Counted from the first letter of the stretch, positions 1-10,567 are shown. The stretch is 64,000 bases of DNA from Candidatus Marinacidobacterium sp. (GCA_965204755.1 OZ242011.1:3072001-3136000), one strand, 5' to 3'. Notes: generated by a model from the sequence alone, not told the origin. Numbers and translations: made by a program.

Positions 1-160
1 TCCAGTACCGCCCGGAGGCCCGGTCCACGCCGCGGTCCACGAGGACGGAGACCGCCGCGGCGGCGGCGAGGACGAGGAGCGCCTGCTTCAGCCGCCGGCG
101 TCCGCCGCCGCCGGTCGAACCGGGCGGGCCGGGCGGGGGCGCGGCGCCGATCGTGTTCAC
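1..160 (-). CDS. 5' part of a membrane-anchored or exported protein (runs off the window)
   Basis: Manual translation from GTG at 160: MNTIGAAPPPGPPGSTGGGGRRRLKQALLVLAAAAAVSVLVDRG; basic patch then hydrophobic stretch; no stop before the edge. Confidence 0.5.
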   Translation of the reverse strand, partial: MNTIGAAPPPGPPGSTGGGGRRRLKQALLVLAAAAAVSVLVDRGVDRASGRYW

Positions 161-240
161 TTCGCGGTCGCCTTGCTCGATACGGGAGGGGGTGGCCGGG
201 AGCGTCCGATGGCGCCCCCGGCCGAAGTCGCGGGAAACCG

Positions 241-1860
241 TCAGGAGCCCGAGACCGAGAACGGGATGACCTGGGAGACGGACTGGCCGGTGACCAGGTC
301 GTTCACGGTGATTTCGGCGGTGTAGTCGCCGGGCTCGAAGTCTTCCCGGCGTCCGTCCGAGAACAGCCGGGCGAGCGGGATGTCCACGATGGCGATGGAG
401 AGTTCGGCGGAAGCCAGGTTGAACGCGGTCGGGTTGTAGCGGAGGTAACGCGTCCCGTCCTTCTCGAAGGCGATCTGCCAATTCAAACTCGGCTCGCCGT
501 CGCCGCCGACGCCGTAGCCGTAGGCGTTGAACACCACGCGGAACTCGCTGCCCGGCTCGTACACCGACGAAACGCGCGGCGTGAAGTGGAAGCCGCCGAC
601 GAGGAGCGCGCGGCCCGGCACCGGGGAGAAGTCCTCGATCCGGGTTCCGTCGGAGAAACGCGCCATCGTGGACACCATGAGTTCCTCGCCGCCGAAGTCC
701 GGGCTTTCGAGGTCCACATTCATCGTGCCCACCATGTCGGTGGAAGGGTCGCGCAGTCCCAGCCGCACCGTGTACATCCCCGGAGGCATCTGCATCGGGA
801 GTTCCAGGATCGCGTCGCCGTCGTCGGCCGCCACGAGTTCCACTTCCTCCTCGGCCTGTCCGATCACGGTGCCGAGCGCGTCTTCGACGCTGTAGAACGC
901 CTGCATGGTCTTGCCGGCCATCGCCTCCCCGCCGTCCACTTCGATCAGGACCGCGACATAGGTGTCCATCGTGTTCGAGCGGAAGAACGAGAAGTTCGGT
1001 TCGAGCGCGATGGCGTCGCTGGTTTCGCCGCCCTCGCGGAGCGCGTTCAGGATCTGCTTCGCCGGGCTGTTCGGGTCGAAGAGGTCCTCGAGTTCGCGCA
1101 GCCGACCCTCCTCGTCCACCGAGTAGTTGATGCTGGGCCAGGCGATCTGCCGCCGGCGGGCGCGATCGATCGCGGCCTCCAACTCGTCGTTCCGGACCAT
1201 CCGCATTCCCAGGTTCGTCGAGCGGAATTCGATGTCCAGCCCCTCCGGCAACCCGGCGTCCGGGTTCGGGACCCAGGTCATCTTCATGCCGCCGCCGCCG
1301 GGCCCGCCGAAGCCGCCCGCGCCGCCGCGGCCTCCGCCTCCGCCTCCGCCGCCGACGCCCGCGCCGGGGCCGCCTCCGCCCTCAGCGACCGGGTTGTTGC
1401 CGGTCGCGCCGGCCGGGGGGCCGCCGCCTCCGGGGCCGGCGCTTCTTCCGCCGGTGCGCTCCCGGTTGTCCGGCGGGCCGAACAGCAGCATCACCAGCGC
1501 CATGTCGGTCCGCGACCCCTTCTGCCCCCGGCGGCCGAACTGCTCGTCCGCCTGCTTGCGCCAGTTCTCGAAGCCGTCCTTCGCCTCGTTGTTCCGGTTG
1601 GTGGGGGTCGGGTCGCGCCGCGCCCAGAACAACTCCCGGAACAGGTCGCGGTCGCGCCGCTGGATCTCCATGAACTTCTGGCGCTCGTCGGCGGTCATGA
1701 TCGGCTCGACCTCTTCCAGCCAGCGCCGGTCGCCCCGGCTGAGGTCGTCCTGGGCGAGGGCCGGGGCCGCTCCGGCGAGCAGCGCGAGGGCCGCCAGGGA
1801 CGGGATCCACCGTCCTCCGGAGATGGGGGCGAAGGGCGTCTGGGGGGCGGGGGTGCTCAT
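241..1860 (-). CDS. GWxTD-domain exported protein
   Basis: Likely start MSTPAP at 1860 (GGAGG upstream); signal peptide ending APALA; FWARRDPTP...GSRTD...LFGPPD matches the GWxTD domain; Gly-rich linker. Confidence 0.8.
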   Translation of the reverse strand: MSTPAPQTPFAPISGGRWIPSLAALALLAGAAPALAQDDLSRGDRRWLEEVEPIMTADERQKFMEIQRRDRDLFRELFWARRDPTPTNRNNEAKDGFENWRKQADEQFGRRGQKGSRTDMALVMLLFGPPDNRERTGGRSAGPGGGGPPAGATGNNPVAEGGGGPGAGVGGGGGGGGRGGAGGFGGPGGGGMKMTWVPNPDAGLPEGLDIEFRSTNLGMRMVRNDELEAAIDRARRRQIAWPSINYSVDEEGRLRELEDLFDPNSPAKQILNALREGGETSDAIALEPNFSFFRSNTMDTYVAVLIEVDGGEAMAGKTMQAFYSVEDALGTVIGQAEEEVELVAADDGDAILELPMQMPPGMYTVRLGLRDPSTDMVGTMNVDLESPDFGGEELMVSTMARFSDGTRIEDFSPVPGRALLVGGFHFTPRVSSVYEPGSEFRVVFNAYGYGVGGDGEPSLNWQIAFEKDGTRYLRYNPTAFNLASAELSIAIVDIPLARLFSDGRREDFEPGDYTAEITVNDLVTGQSVSQVIPFSVSGS

Positions 1861-2191
1861 GGGTTCCTCCGGAGGAGCGGTGTCCTGCGGCGTGTTCGCA
1901 TCGGTGCGGAAGGGGGTCGGCGGGCGGCGGACGCCGGCGTCCGGGCCCGCCGCCTCCGGGGCCCGGGCCGGCCGGGTCGGGGCGCCGGGGGCAACGGTTT
2001 CCCCCGGAGCGGAACGGGAAAGAATACGCCCGCGGGAACCGCCCCGCAAATCGGCAGGAACTTCCCGCCCGGCCCCGCCGTAACTTCCCGAAAGTCCCCG
2101 CCGCGGCGCCCCGCGCGAGCGCCCGAAAAGGCGCCTCCGTACCCGCGCTATACTCGATTTCGACCCTCCCGTCCAGAGGCCGCCACCCTCG

Positions 2192-3421
2192 ATGAACCGC
2201 TCCCGAACGCTCCGCTCCGTCCTCCCGCCGCTCGCCGCCCTCGGGCTGCTCGCCGCCTCGGCCTGCGGGACCGCCGCCAAGCGGGCGTGGACGGTGGACG
2301 AGATCCGCGCCGACCTGAACCACCGGATCACCCCGGAGATGCTGGCGCGGGTGGAGATCCCGTTCGAGATCGACGACGAGATCCGGGAACTGGCGTACCG
2401 GGTCACCGAGAACCTGCGCACCGACAAGGAGAAGATGCGGGCCATCGTCCGCGCCATCCGCCAGCACACCGGCGGCTCGATCTCCTACGACTGGCTCTCG
2501 AACAAGACCGCGAAGAGCGTCTTCCGGGAAGGGCGGGGGAACTGCCTCGCCTACACCAACCTGTTCGTCGGCATGTCGCGCGCGGTGGGCGTCGAAGCGG
2601 TCTATGTGGATGTGACCACGATCGAGAAAGTCACGAAGGAAGCGGAAGTCATCGTGAACAGCGGCCACATCACCGGCGGCATCAAGGACGGCCCGGACCT
2701 CATCTTCGTGGACTTCACCGCGAACCCCGAGCGCGAATACGGCGGCGCGAAGATCATCGACGACTTCGAAGCCATCGCCAACTTCTACAACAACCAGGGA
2801 TTCCTCTACGGCTACTTTGCCGAAGCGCTCCAGGACCAGGGCGGTTTCGACCCGCTCTCCCGCGAGATCGAGATGTACGAGTTGGCGCTTTCGGTGCGGC
2901 CGGCGTTCAACCGGGCGCGGAACAACCTCGGCGTGGCGTTCAAGCGGCGCGGCCGGGTGGAGGACGCCATCGAGCAATACCGCCTGGCGCTGGACATCGA
3001 CCCCGACTTCACCGAGGCGCGGTCGAACCTGGGGAGCGCCTACTACTCGCAGGGCGCCACCGACCGGGCGATGACCGAGTTCCGCCTCGCCGCGAGGAAC
3101 GACGACGGCAACGCCTATGTCCACTACCACCTCGGCGTCCTGCACTACCACCGGGGCGAATACGACCGGGCGGCGGGTTCCTTCCGCCGGGCGCTCTCGC
3201 GCGACCGCAAACTGGTGGACGCGCGGTTCTTCCTCGGCGAGACCCTGCTGAAACTCGGCGAGGAAGCCCAGGCGATGCGCGAGTACGAACGCGCCATCGA
3301 AATCGATCCCAACTACATCTCGGCGCGCGCGAAGTTGGACCTCCTGCGGGATTCGCAGAGCCGGAAGGTCTCCGAAGATTCCGGAGACGGCCCCGCCCCG
3401 GAGGGCGCGACTTCCCGCTGA
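2192..3421 (+). CDS. Lipoprotein with transglutaminase-like domain and TPR repeats
   Basis: Lipobox-like ASAC; GNCLAYTNLF, GHI and VDF motifs; C-terminal TPRs (ARNNLGVA, ARSNLGSAY). Confidence 0.8.
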   Translation: MNRSRTLRSVLPPLAALGLLAASACGTAAKRAWTVDEIRADLNHRITPEMLARVEIPFEIDDEIRELAYRVTENLRTDKEKMRAIVRAIRQHTGGSISYDWLSNKTAKSVFREGRGNCLAYTNLFVGMSRAVGVEAVYVDVTTIEKVTKEAEVIVNSGHITGGIKDGPDLIFVDFTANPEREYGGAKIIDDFEAIANFYNNQGFLYGYFAEALQDQGGFDPLSREIEMYELALSVRPAFNRARNNLGVAFKRRGRVEDAIEQYRLALDIDPDFTEARSNLGSAYYSQGATDRAMTEFRLAARNDDGNAYVHYHLGVLHYHRGEYDRAAGSFRRALSRDRKLVDARFFLGETLLKLGEEAQAMREYERAIEIDPNYISARAKLDLLRDSQSRKVSEDSGDGPAPEGATSR

Positions 3422-3492
3422 CTCTCCCGCCCGGGCGGCCCGCCCGCCCGACCGCGTAGCCGCGCGGAAACGAGGGCTTCGGGGCGAACGCC

Positions 3493-5397
3493 TTGCGCGT
3501 CCAGGGGAACACCTCCGGGCTGAAGACGCGCGAGCGCCGGGCGCTCGACCGCCTGGCCGACCGGCGGCTCCCGCCGGCGGCGCTGGTCACCCGCGAGTTC
3601 GCCCGGCAGATCGCCGCGGTCTCCCGCGCCGTCCGGCGGCAGGTCGGCGTGCTGGTGGACCGGCGCGGCGCGGTCACCTGGGTCGGGGTCGGCGACGCCC
3701 ACGGGATCGAACTCCCCGACCTGAAGCGGCAGCGCGTGGCCGGCGTCCGGCTCCGGGGCCTGCGCTGCCTCCACACCCACCTCGCCGGCGAAGGCCTGAC
3801 CCGCGACGACCTCACGGACCTGGTGCTCCTCCGGCTCGACCTGATGGCGGCGCTGACCGTGGGGGAGGACGGCCTCCCCGGCGTCCTCCACGCCGCCCAC
3901 CTGCGGGTTCCCGGCGGCGCCGGGGAAGACGCGGAGGGCGTCGAACCTTGGGAGCGGCTGCCGCCGACGCTCCCGGGCCGGCTCGACCCGCTGCTCGACC
4001 TGGACTGCCTGGAGATCGCCTCGGAGATCGAGCGCGGTTTCGCCCGCCTCCTGCCCGAACGGCCTTCGCGCCGGTTCGCCGGGCGGGCGGTGCTGGTCGG
4101 GGCGGTCGAGGGCGCGGTTCCGCTGCCGGAAGCGATGGACGAACTCGCCGAACTGGCGGCGGACGCCGGGCTCGAAGTCGCCGACCGGGTCATCCAGCGC
4201 CGCTCCCGGCCCGACCCGCGGACGCTGCTCGGGCGGGGGAAGTTGGAGGCGCTGGTGATCCGGGCGCTCGACCGGGGGGCGGACGCGCTCCTCTTCTCCT
4301 CGGACCTCTCCCCCTCGCAGGCGCGGAACATCTCCGCCGCCACCGACCTGAAGGTGCTCGACCGGACGCAACTCATCCTCGATGTCTTCTCCCGGCGGGC
4401 GCGGAGCCGGGAAGGCCGGCTGCAGGTGGAACTCGCGCAGTTGCGGTACCGGCTGCCGCGGCTGACCCGGCAGGACACTTCGCTCTCGCGGCTCGGGGGC
4501 GGCATCGGCGGGCGCGGGCCGGGGGAGACCCGGCTGGAGGTGGACCGGCGGCGGACGCGCGACCGGATCGCCCGGCTGGAGCGCGACCTGCGCGGCGTCG
4601 CCGGGGTCCGGGAACTGCGGCGCAAGCGGCGCGGCGCGCGGGGGCTGCCGGTCGTCTCGCTGGTGGGCTACACCAACGCCGGCAAGTCCACGCTGCTCAA
4701 CCGGCTGACCCGCAGCGAAGTCGCCGCCGGCGACCGGATGTTCGAGACGCTGGAACCGGCCAGCCGCCGGCTGAGGGTCCCGGTGGAGCGCGAAGTGCTG
4801 CTCGCGGACACCGTGGGCTTCATCCACGACCTGCCGGAGTCGCTGATCGAGGCCTTCCGGGCGACCCTCGAAGAGATCTCCGCCGCCTCGCTGCTGCTCC
4901 ATGTGGTGGACGCGGGCAGCGAGCGGCTGGAAACCCGGATGCGCGCGGTGGACGGCCTGCTCGCGGAACTCGGCTACGCCGGGATCCCGCGCCTGGTGCT
5001 GCTGAACAAGGTGGACCTGCTGTCGCCCGGCGATCTCGCCGCGCTGGAGCGGCGGCTGGCCGCGGCGGAACCGGGTGTCCGCTCCGCGGCGGGCGAGTCC
5101 GCCCCGGAGGCGATCGGGATCTCCGCCGCCACCGGCGCGGGGCTCGACGAGGTCGTTCGCGCGGTCGCCCGGCTGATTCCCCGGGCCGCGTCGGCGCGGC
5201 GGCACGCGCCGGCGGCCTTCGCCCCCGCCGCGCCGGGCGCTCCCGCCGCGCCGGGTGTCGCGGTCGCGCCGGGTGTCGCGGTCGCGCCGGATGTCGCGGT
5301 CGCGCCGGACGCCCCTGCTGCGCCGGATGCTCCCGTCGCGCCGGACGCTCCCGCCGTGCCGGCTGTCGCGCTCGCCGCGCGCGCCGCTTCCGGCTGA
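3493..5397 (+). CDS. hflX: GTPase HflX (long form)
   Basis: LQVELAQLRYRLPRL, GGIGGRGPGET, GYTNAGKST, DTVGFI, NKVD. Confidence 0.95.
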   Translation: MRVQGNTSGLKTRERRALDRLADRRLPPAALVTREFARQIAAVSRAVRRQVGVLVDRRGAVTWVGVGDAHGIELPDLKRQRVAGVRLRGLRCLHTHLAGEGLTRDDLTDLVLLRLDLMAALTVGEDGLPGVLHAAHLRVPGGAGEDAEGVEPWERLPPTLPGRLDPLLDLDCLEIASEIERGFARLLPERPSRRFAGRAVLVGAVEGAVPLPEAMDELAELAADAGLEVADRVIQRRSRPDPRTLLGRGKLEALVIRALDRGADALLFSSDLSPSQARNISAATDLKVLDRTQLILDVFSRRARSREGRLQVELAQLRYRLPRLTRQDTSLSRLGGGIGGRGPGETRLEVDRRRTRDRIARLERDLRGVAGVRELRRKRRGARGLPVVSLVGYTNAGKSTLLNRLTRSEVAAGDRMFETLEPASRRLRVPVEREVLLADTVGFIHDLPESLIEAFRATLEEISAASLLLHVVDAGSERLETRMRAVDGLLAELGYAGIPRLVLLNKVDLLSPGDLAALERRLAAAEPGVRSAAGESAPEAIGISAATGAGLDEVVRAVARLIPRAASARRHAPAAFAPAAPGAPAAPGVAVAPGVAVAPDVAVAPDAPAAPDAPVAPDAPAVPAVALAARAASG

Positions 5398-5426
5398 TCC
5401 GTCTCGGCCTCGGCGGCCGCCCCGAC

Positions 5427-6398
5427 TCAGAACTCCGGGACGCGGTCGTCGTCCGCGGCTTCGGCGGCTTCCTCCAGGAGCAGCAGCAGGCTCTCGTACC
5501 GCTCCTCGGGGACCGTCCCGTCCTCCACGGCGGCCTTCACCGCGCAGTCGGGCTCCCGGTCGTGCGAGCAGCCGGCGAACCGGCACCCCTCGGCCAGCCC
5601 GGCGAGGTCCGGGTAGGCGGCCAGCACCCGCTCCGGGGTGAGCCCGTCGAGTCCCAGCGCCCGCACGCCCGGCGTGTCCACGATCTCGCCGCCGCCGGGG
5701 ACTTCCAGGATCTCCGCCGCGGTAGTGGTGTGGCGGCCCCGGTTCCTCCGGTCGAGCCCGCCCCGCCGCCGCTCCGCCACGCCGAGCGCGGACAGGAGTT
5801 CCGTCTTGCCGACGCCGGAATGGCCGAAGAGCAGGGAGCGCTTCCCCGCGAGACCCTCCCGCAGGGGTTCGACCGCCTCCCCGGTGAGCGCGCTCACCGG
5901 ATAGATCGGGAGTTCGAGGCGCCGGTACTGCGCCAGGTCGTCGGCGAGGCCCCCGAGGTCGGGGGCGTCCGCCAGGTCCGCCTTGTTGAAGACCAGCGCC
6001 GGAGCGATCCCCGCGTCGTACGCGAGCGCCAGCGCCCGGTCGAGCAGGCCGGTGCGGTACGGGGGCTCCCGGAACGCGGAGACGATGAGGAACCGGTCGA
6101 GGTTCGCGGCCACCGTCCGCATCTCCCGGCGCTCCGCCGGCCCGGTGGCCCGCTTCAACTCGTTCCGCCGGGGGAGGACCGCGGTGATCCGCCCGCCGCC
6201 GTCCGCCGCCTCCACTTCCACTTCGTCGCCCACCGCCACCGCCTGCGCGTCCGTCCGGCGGCGGGAACCGTCGAACAGCCGGCCCCCGAGCGCGACCCGA
6301 ACCGCCCCGCCGGAGACTTCGCCGCCGGAGGAAATCCGCACCAGCGCCGCCTTCCGGGTGAGCCGGACCACGACGCCCCTCGCGGTCTCGCCGGCCAT
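5427..6398 (-). CDS. rsgA: Ribosome small subunit-dependent GTPase A
   Basis: Circularly permuted GTPase: NKAD, GHSGVGKT, GRHTTT, DTPG; zinc motif CRFAGCSHDREPDCAV. Confidence 0.95.
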   Translation of the reverse strand: MAGETARGVVVRLTRKAALVRISSGGEVSGGAVRVALGGRLFDGSRRRTDAQAVAVGDEVEVEAADGGGRITAVLPRRNELKRATGPAERREMRTVAANLDRFLIVSAFREPPYRTGLLDRALALAYDAGIAPALVFNKADLADAPDLGGLADDLAQYRRLELPIYPVSALTGEAVEPLREGLAGKRSLLFGHSGVGKTELLSALGVAERRRGGLDRRNRGRHTTTAAEILEVPGGGEIVDTPGVRALGLDGLTPERVLAAYPDLAGLAEGCRFAGCSHDREPDCAVKAAVEDGTVPEERYESLLLLLEEAAEAADDDRVPEF

Positions 6399-6483
6399 GC
6401 CCCGATGCTATCCGTCCGCCGGTCGAATCGGCGGTTTCTGCTAACTTAGGAAGGTTGTGAACCGGCCCCCATCGGCGAGAGGA

Positions 6484-7086
6484 ATGGCGACGCGGACGGC
6501 GAAGCGCGTTTCGGCCGTCGTCTTCGTTGCGGCAATGGGCGCCGGCGTGTTCGCCACGGGCGCGGTCGAGGCCTCGACGGTGCGTTACCTGGCGCTCGAC
6601 GAGATGGCGCGGGAAGCCCACTCGGTCTTCACCGGCGAAGTCGTCGGCGTGAAGAGCCAGTGGAACGCGAGAAGGAGCCGCATCCATACCTTCGTCACCG
6701 TTCGCGTGAGCCGTTTCCTGAAGGGCGGCCGCGGCGGCCGGTTGGTGACGCTGCGGGTGCTCGGCGGCGAGGCGGAGGGCTACCGCCTGCTGGTCTCCGG
6801 CGCGCCTTCGTTCCGCCTCCGGGAGCGCGTCCTCGTGTTCTCCGAAGGCGGCGCCGGGCGCGTGCCCACCGTGCTCGGGCTCGCCGCCGGCAAATTCACG
6901 ATCCGCGAGGATCCGGAGACCGGCGAGGAGACGCTCCACCGCTCGCTCAAGGGCCTGACCCTGCGCGGCGCCGAGGGCGTCCTCCGGAGTTCCGTGGCCT
7001 TTCCCCGGGAGCGGCTGTCGCTTCCCGAGTTGGAGCGCGCGGTCGAGTCCGCCCTCTCCCCCCGACCGCGGGGGAGATCCGGATGA
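6484..7086 (+). CDS. Exported hypothetical protein, operonic with the matrixin gene
   Basis: GAGG before ATG 6484; signal peptide ending VEA; stop overlaps next ATG (ATGA). Confidence 0.7.
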   Translation: MATRTAKRVSAVVFVAAMGAGVFATGAVEASTVRYLALDEMAREAHSVFTGEVVGVKSQWNARRSRIHTFVTVRVSRFLKGGRGGRLVTLRVLGGEAEGYRLLVSGAPSFRLRERVLVFSEGGAGRVPTVLGLAAGKFTIREDPETGEETLHRSLKGLTLRGAEGVLRSSVAFPRERLSLPELERAVESALSPRPRGRSG

Positions 7087-8117
7087 CCGCCGGGGCGCGC
7101 CGCCGTTCCCGCGGGCCGGCCGGGGCGCCCGCCGTCCTCGCGCTGTCGCTCGGCCTGGCGTTCCCCTTCGGGGTTCCGGCGCCGGCGCCGGCGTACCAGT
7201 TCCTTCCCGACGAGGCGTTCCGGTGGCCGGAGGAGTTGCGGCCGGTGCCGTTCTGGGTGGCGAACCGCGGGGACAACCAGATGACCGTGTTCAAGGTCGT
7301 CACCGAAACCCGCGCCGCCTTCGCCGCCTGGGAGCGACCGGACGAAGTCGGGATCGAGTTCCTTTACCGCGGCCTCACGAATCTGGAGCCGTTCGAGTTC
7401 CTCGACGACACGAACACCGTCGGGTACACGCCCACTTCGCGGATGGTGGAACTCGGTCTCTCCCGCACCGCGCTCGCCGTAACCGGTTGGCTCACCCAGG
7501 TGGAGACCGGGGAGATCGCCGAGTCGGACATCGCGGTGAACCCCGGCTACAGTTGGAACGACAACCCGGTTCGCGGCGGTTGGGACTTCCGCTCGATGAT
7601 GGTGCACGAGGTCGGGCACTTCCTCGGGCTGGGCCACTCGAATGTGGGGCGCGCCGCGGACGGCGAACTGCTGACCGGTTCGGCGATCATGTGGCCCTTC
7701 AGTTTCGGCGAGGGCAAGACCACCGGCCGGACGCTCACCGCCGACGACATCGCCGGCGCCTCGGTCCTCTACCCGGGGCCGGCCGCCGAAGGGGCGCTGA
7801 TCCGCGGGCGCGTGCTCCGGCCCTCCGGGCTCGGCGTCTCCTTCGCGCATGTGACGGCGTTCGAGCCGGTGCGGAACCACCTGGTGGGCGCTTGGGCGGA
7901 CATCGGCGGGAACTTCGAAATCCGCGGCATTCCGCCCGGTCGGTACCTGTTGCGGGTGAACCCGCTGCCGGAGGAGCACTCCGCCGCCGACTACTTCCTC
8001 CGGGAGTCGGAGGTGGAGACCGACTTCCGGGTGACGATCCTGCCCCGGCTGGTCGCGGTCCCGGCGGACGGCGCGGTCGAGGCCGACATCGAGGTGCTCC
8101 GGGAAGCCCCCCGGTGA
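7083..8117 (+). CDS. Matrixin-family (M10-like) zinc metalloprotease with C-terminal carboxypeptidase-regulatory-like domain
   Basis: HEVGHFLGLGHS zinc motif, Met-turn SAIMWP, signal peptide. Confidence 0.85.
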   Translation: MTAGARRRSRGPAGAPAVLALSLGLAFPFGVPAPAPAYQFLPDEAFRWPEELRPVPFWVANRGDNQMTVFKVVTETRAAFAAWERPDEVGIEFLYRGLTNLEPFEFLDDTNTVGYTPTSRMVELGLSRTALAVTGWLTQVETGEIAESDIAVNPGYSWNDNPVRGGWDFRSMMVHEVGHFLGLGHSNVGRAADGELLTGSAIMWPFSFGEGKTTGRTLTADDIAGASVLYPGPAAEGALIRGRVLRPSGLGVSFAHVTAFEPVRNHLVGAWADIGGNFEIRGIPPGRYLLRVNPLPEEHSAADYFLRESEVETDFRVTILPRLVAVPADGAVEADIEVLREAPR

Positions 8118-8190
8118 CGCCGCTCCGACAGACCGCCCGCCTCCCGGCCGCCGCTTCCTGAACCGCGGGTTCCCGGCGATTCCGCAGCGC

Positions 8191-8997
8191 GTGGGCCGCC
8201 GCCGTCCGACCGCGCCGGTCGGGCCCGTCGGTTTTGTCGCACTCCTGCTCGCCGCCGCCGGCGCTGCGGGTGGCGAACCGCGCTGCCCCGAAGACCCGCC
8301 GCCGGCCCCCGGGGCCTGCCCGAGCGAATCCCCTTCGGGGAATTCCGCCGAGTCCGCCCCGGTCGGCGGAAGCCAGCCGACGCCGGTGCGGGCCGGGCCG
8401 GTGTTCACCCCCGGCGGCGGGTGGTCGCGCGCCGAGGTCGGGCTGCTCATCGGCAGCCAGCGGGTGAACGAGGACCTCGGCTTCTCCACGAACATCTTCC
8501 AGACCGTTTCCGCCGCCGCGCAGGATGTGGGGTTCGGCGAGCACTACGGGGCGCGGGGCTCGGTCTTCTTCAACCGCTACTTGGGCGTCGAGGGCGCGTT
8601 CACCCGCACCCGCACCTCCTTCGAGTTCTCGATCTCCGACGAGGAGGCGGGCGTGAACATCCTCGCGGAGAGCCTGGTGCGGAGCAGCACCGAGTTCGCC
8701 GGCGCGCTCGTCGGGCAGTTCCCGCTCTCCGCGATGACCCCCTACGCCGCCCTCGGCTACGGCTCGGGGAACGCCTCGGTGGGGGACGGGGACGACTTCC
8801 GCAGCGGGGCGTTCGTCCTCGGCGGCGGCGTCAAGGTGCCGTTTCCCCAACTCCCGTTCCTCCTCACCCTCGACTTCCGCTTCTTCCGCTACCGGGAGGC
8901 GAACGCCGCGCTCCAACTCGCCGAAGGCGGCCGCCCCCCCTCCGCCACCGTCCTCACCGTCGGCGTGATGTTCCGCCTCGGGCCGTCTTCCTCCTGA
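8191..8997 (+). CDS. Outer-membrane beta-barrel protein
   Basis: Signal peptide; alternating beta-strand pattern (PYAALGYG, LGGGVK, VGVMFRL). Confidence 0.7.
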   Translation: MGRRRPTAPVGPVGFVALLLAAAGAAGGEPRCPEDPPPAPGACPSESPSGNSAESAPVGGSQPTPVRAGPVFTPGGGWSRAEVGLLIGSQRVNEDLGFSTNIFQTVSAAAQDVGFGEHYGARGSVFFNRYLGVEGAFTRTRTSFEFSISDEEAGVNILAESLVRSSTEFAGALVGQFPLSAMTPYAALGYGSGNASVGDGDDFRSGAFVLGGGVKVPFPQLPFLLTLDFRFFRYREANAALQLAEGGRPPSATVLTVGVMFRLGPSSS

Positions 8998-9106
8998 GGG
9001 CGCGCCGTCCCCGGACGACTCCGGACCGCGGGGCCGCCCGGCGCGGCTAGAATCGGTTTCCCCCGGCGCTCCGTCCGCGCCGGGCCCGGGGCGGGGCGTT
9101 GCGAAA

Positions 9107-9178
9107 GCCGGTGTAGCTCAGGGGTAGAGCAGCTGATTCGTAATCAGCAGGTCGGTGGTTCGAATCCACTCGCCGGCT
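9107..9178 (+). tRNA. tRNA-Thr(CGT)
   Basis: Acceptor GCCGGTG/CGCCGGC; anticodon arm GCTGA-TTCGTAA-TCAGC; T-loop GGTTCGAATCC; TAGAAT -10 at 9048-9053. Confidence 0.95.
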
Positions 9179-9231
9179 CCGCGCGGCCCCCCCCTCCCGC
9201 CGCGCCCGACGGGGGCCTCCGCCGCGGGCGG

Positions 9232-10269
9232 TCAGGGCTCGTCGCTCACCAGTTCGCGGTCGGTGATGCCGCCGAGTTCGTGCACATCGTCGGCGCGGCC
9301 GATCAGGATCAGCGTGTCGTTCGCCCGGATGCGGTGGTCGCCGGTGGGAGCGAAGACGAAGCCGCCGTCGTCGCGCTGGATGGCGAGGACCAGCACATTC
9401 CGCCCGGGGTTGATGGCGGCCTGCGACAGGGTCCGGCCGTCGTGTTCCGAGCCCGGCGCCACATGGAGCCGCCCGCCGTCGAAACCCTCCCGGACCATCT
9501 GTTCGATCCCCCGGAACACCCGGGCCATGTGCACCCCGCTGAGGCTGTGGAGCACCCACTTGCCGGCGGTGGTGTAGGGGGACACCACATCCTGCGGTTG
9601 CGCTCCGGCCCGGTGCAGGTTGTTCCGCGACCGCTCGTCCTCGGAACGGGCGACGATCCGGATGTCCCCGTTCAGCGCGCGGGCGGTCATGGCGATGGAG
9701 AGGTTGTCGGGGTCCGAAGGGAGGAGCGCCGCGATCGCCTCCGCGCGCTTCAGGCCCGCTTCGACGAGCACCTCCTCGGCGGTCGCGTCCCCGGCGATCG
9801 CGGCCACGCCCCGTTCGCGGAACTGCGCGACCTTCTCCGCGGACTTCTCGATCACCACGAACTCCCGGTCCTGCGCGATGAGTCCTTCGACGACCGGCCG
9901 GGCGATGCGCCCGCCGCTGCAGATGATGGTGTGGTCTTGCATCCGACGAATCCTCCGTAGGTGGCGGCGGCCGTGTCCGGTGACGATGCGGTCGCCGAGT
10001 TCGCGCAGCGCGAATCCCAGCGTGGCGACGCCGCCGAGGATGAGGAAGGCGGCGAACATCCTCCCCCCCTCGCTGAGCGGGCGGACCTCGCCGAAGCCGA
10101 CGGTGGAGAGCGTGATCACCGTCATGTAGAACGCTTCGCGCAGCCCCCAGCCCTCGATCACCATGAACCCGGCGGTGCCGGCGAGGAAGACCAGCGCCGC
10201 CGCGCCGACGAGCGCCCGCTGCGGGCGCGAACTCTTCGCCGTTCGCGGCGGAAGGGGAAAGGCGGTCAA
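9232..10269 (-). CDS. Potassium channel protein (2TM pore, TrkA-N/RCK, TrkA-C)
   Basis: Selectivity filter TLSTVGFG; Rossmann RCK GDAT; C-terminal TrkA-C. Confidence 0.9.
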   Translation of the reverse strand: MTAFPLPPRTAKSSRPQRALVGAAALVFLAGTAGFMVIEGWGLREAFYMTVITLSTVGFGEVRPLSEGGRMFAAFLILGGVATLGFALRELGDRIVTGHGRRHLRRIRRMQDHTIICSGGRIARPVVEGLIAQDREFVVIEKSAEKVAQFRERGVAAIAGDATAEEVLVEAGLKRAEAIAALLPSDPDNLSIAMTARALNGDIRIVARSEDERSRNNLHRAGAQPQDVVSPYTTAGKWVLHSLSGVHMARVFRGIEQMVREGFDGGRLHVAPGSEHDGRTLSQAAINPGRNVLVLAIQRDDGGFVFAPTGDHRIRANDTLILIGRADDVHELGGITDRELVSDEP

Positions 10270-10329
10270 GACCCGGCGGTCCCGGCCCGGTTCTCAACGG
10301 GCCGTAAACAAAATCCCTCCCCGGTCCGG

Positions 10330-10402
<73 letters not shown>

Positions 10403-10567
10403 TCCGGACCGGGGAAGGAACCGGGAATACTAGGCCGCCTCCCGTTCTTCGTCAACTCGCGCGGGCGTCGGCGAGCCCCTCCGGCAAGCGTTAGCATCCG
10501 CGCCGCCGCGCCGGCCTTTCCTCCTTTCCGGAGTCTTGAGTCGAGGCCTCCGCCGCGGCCTGAGTCC

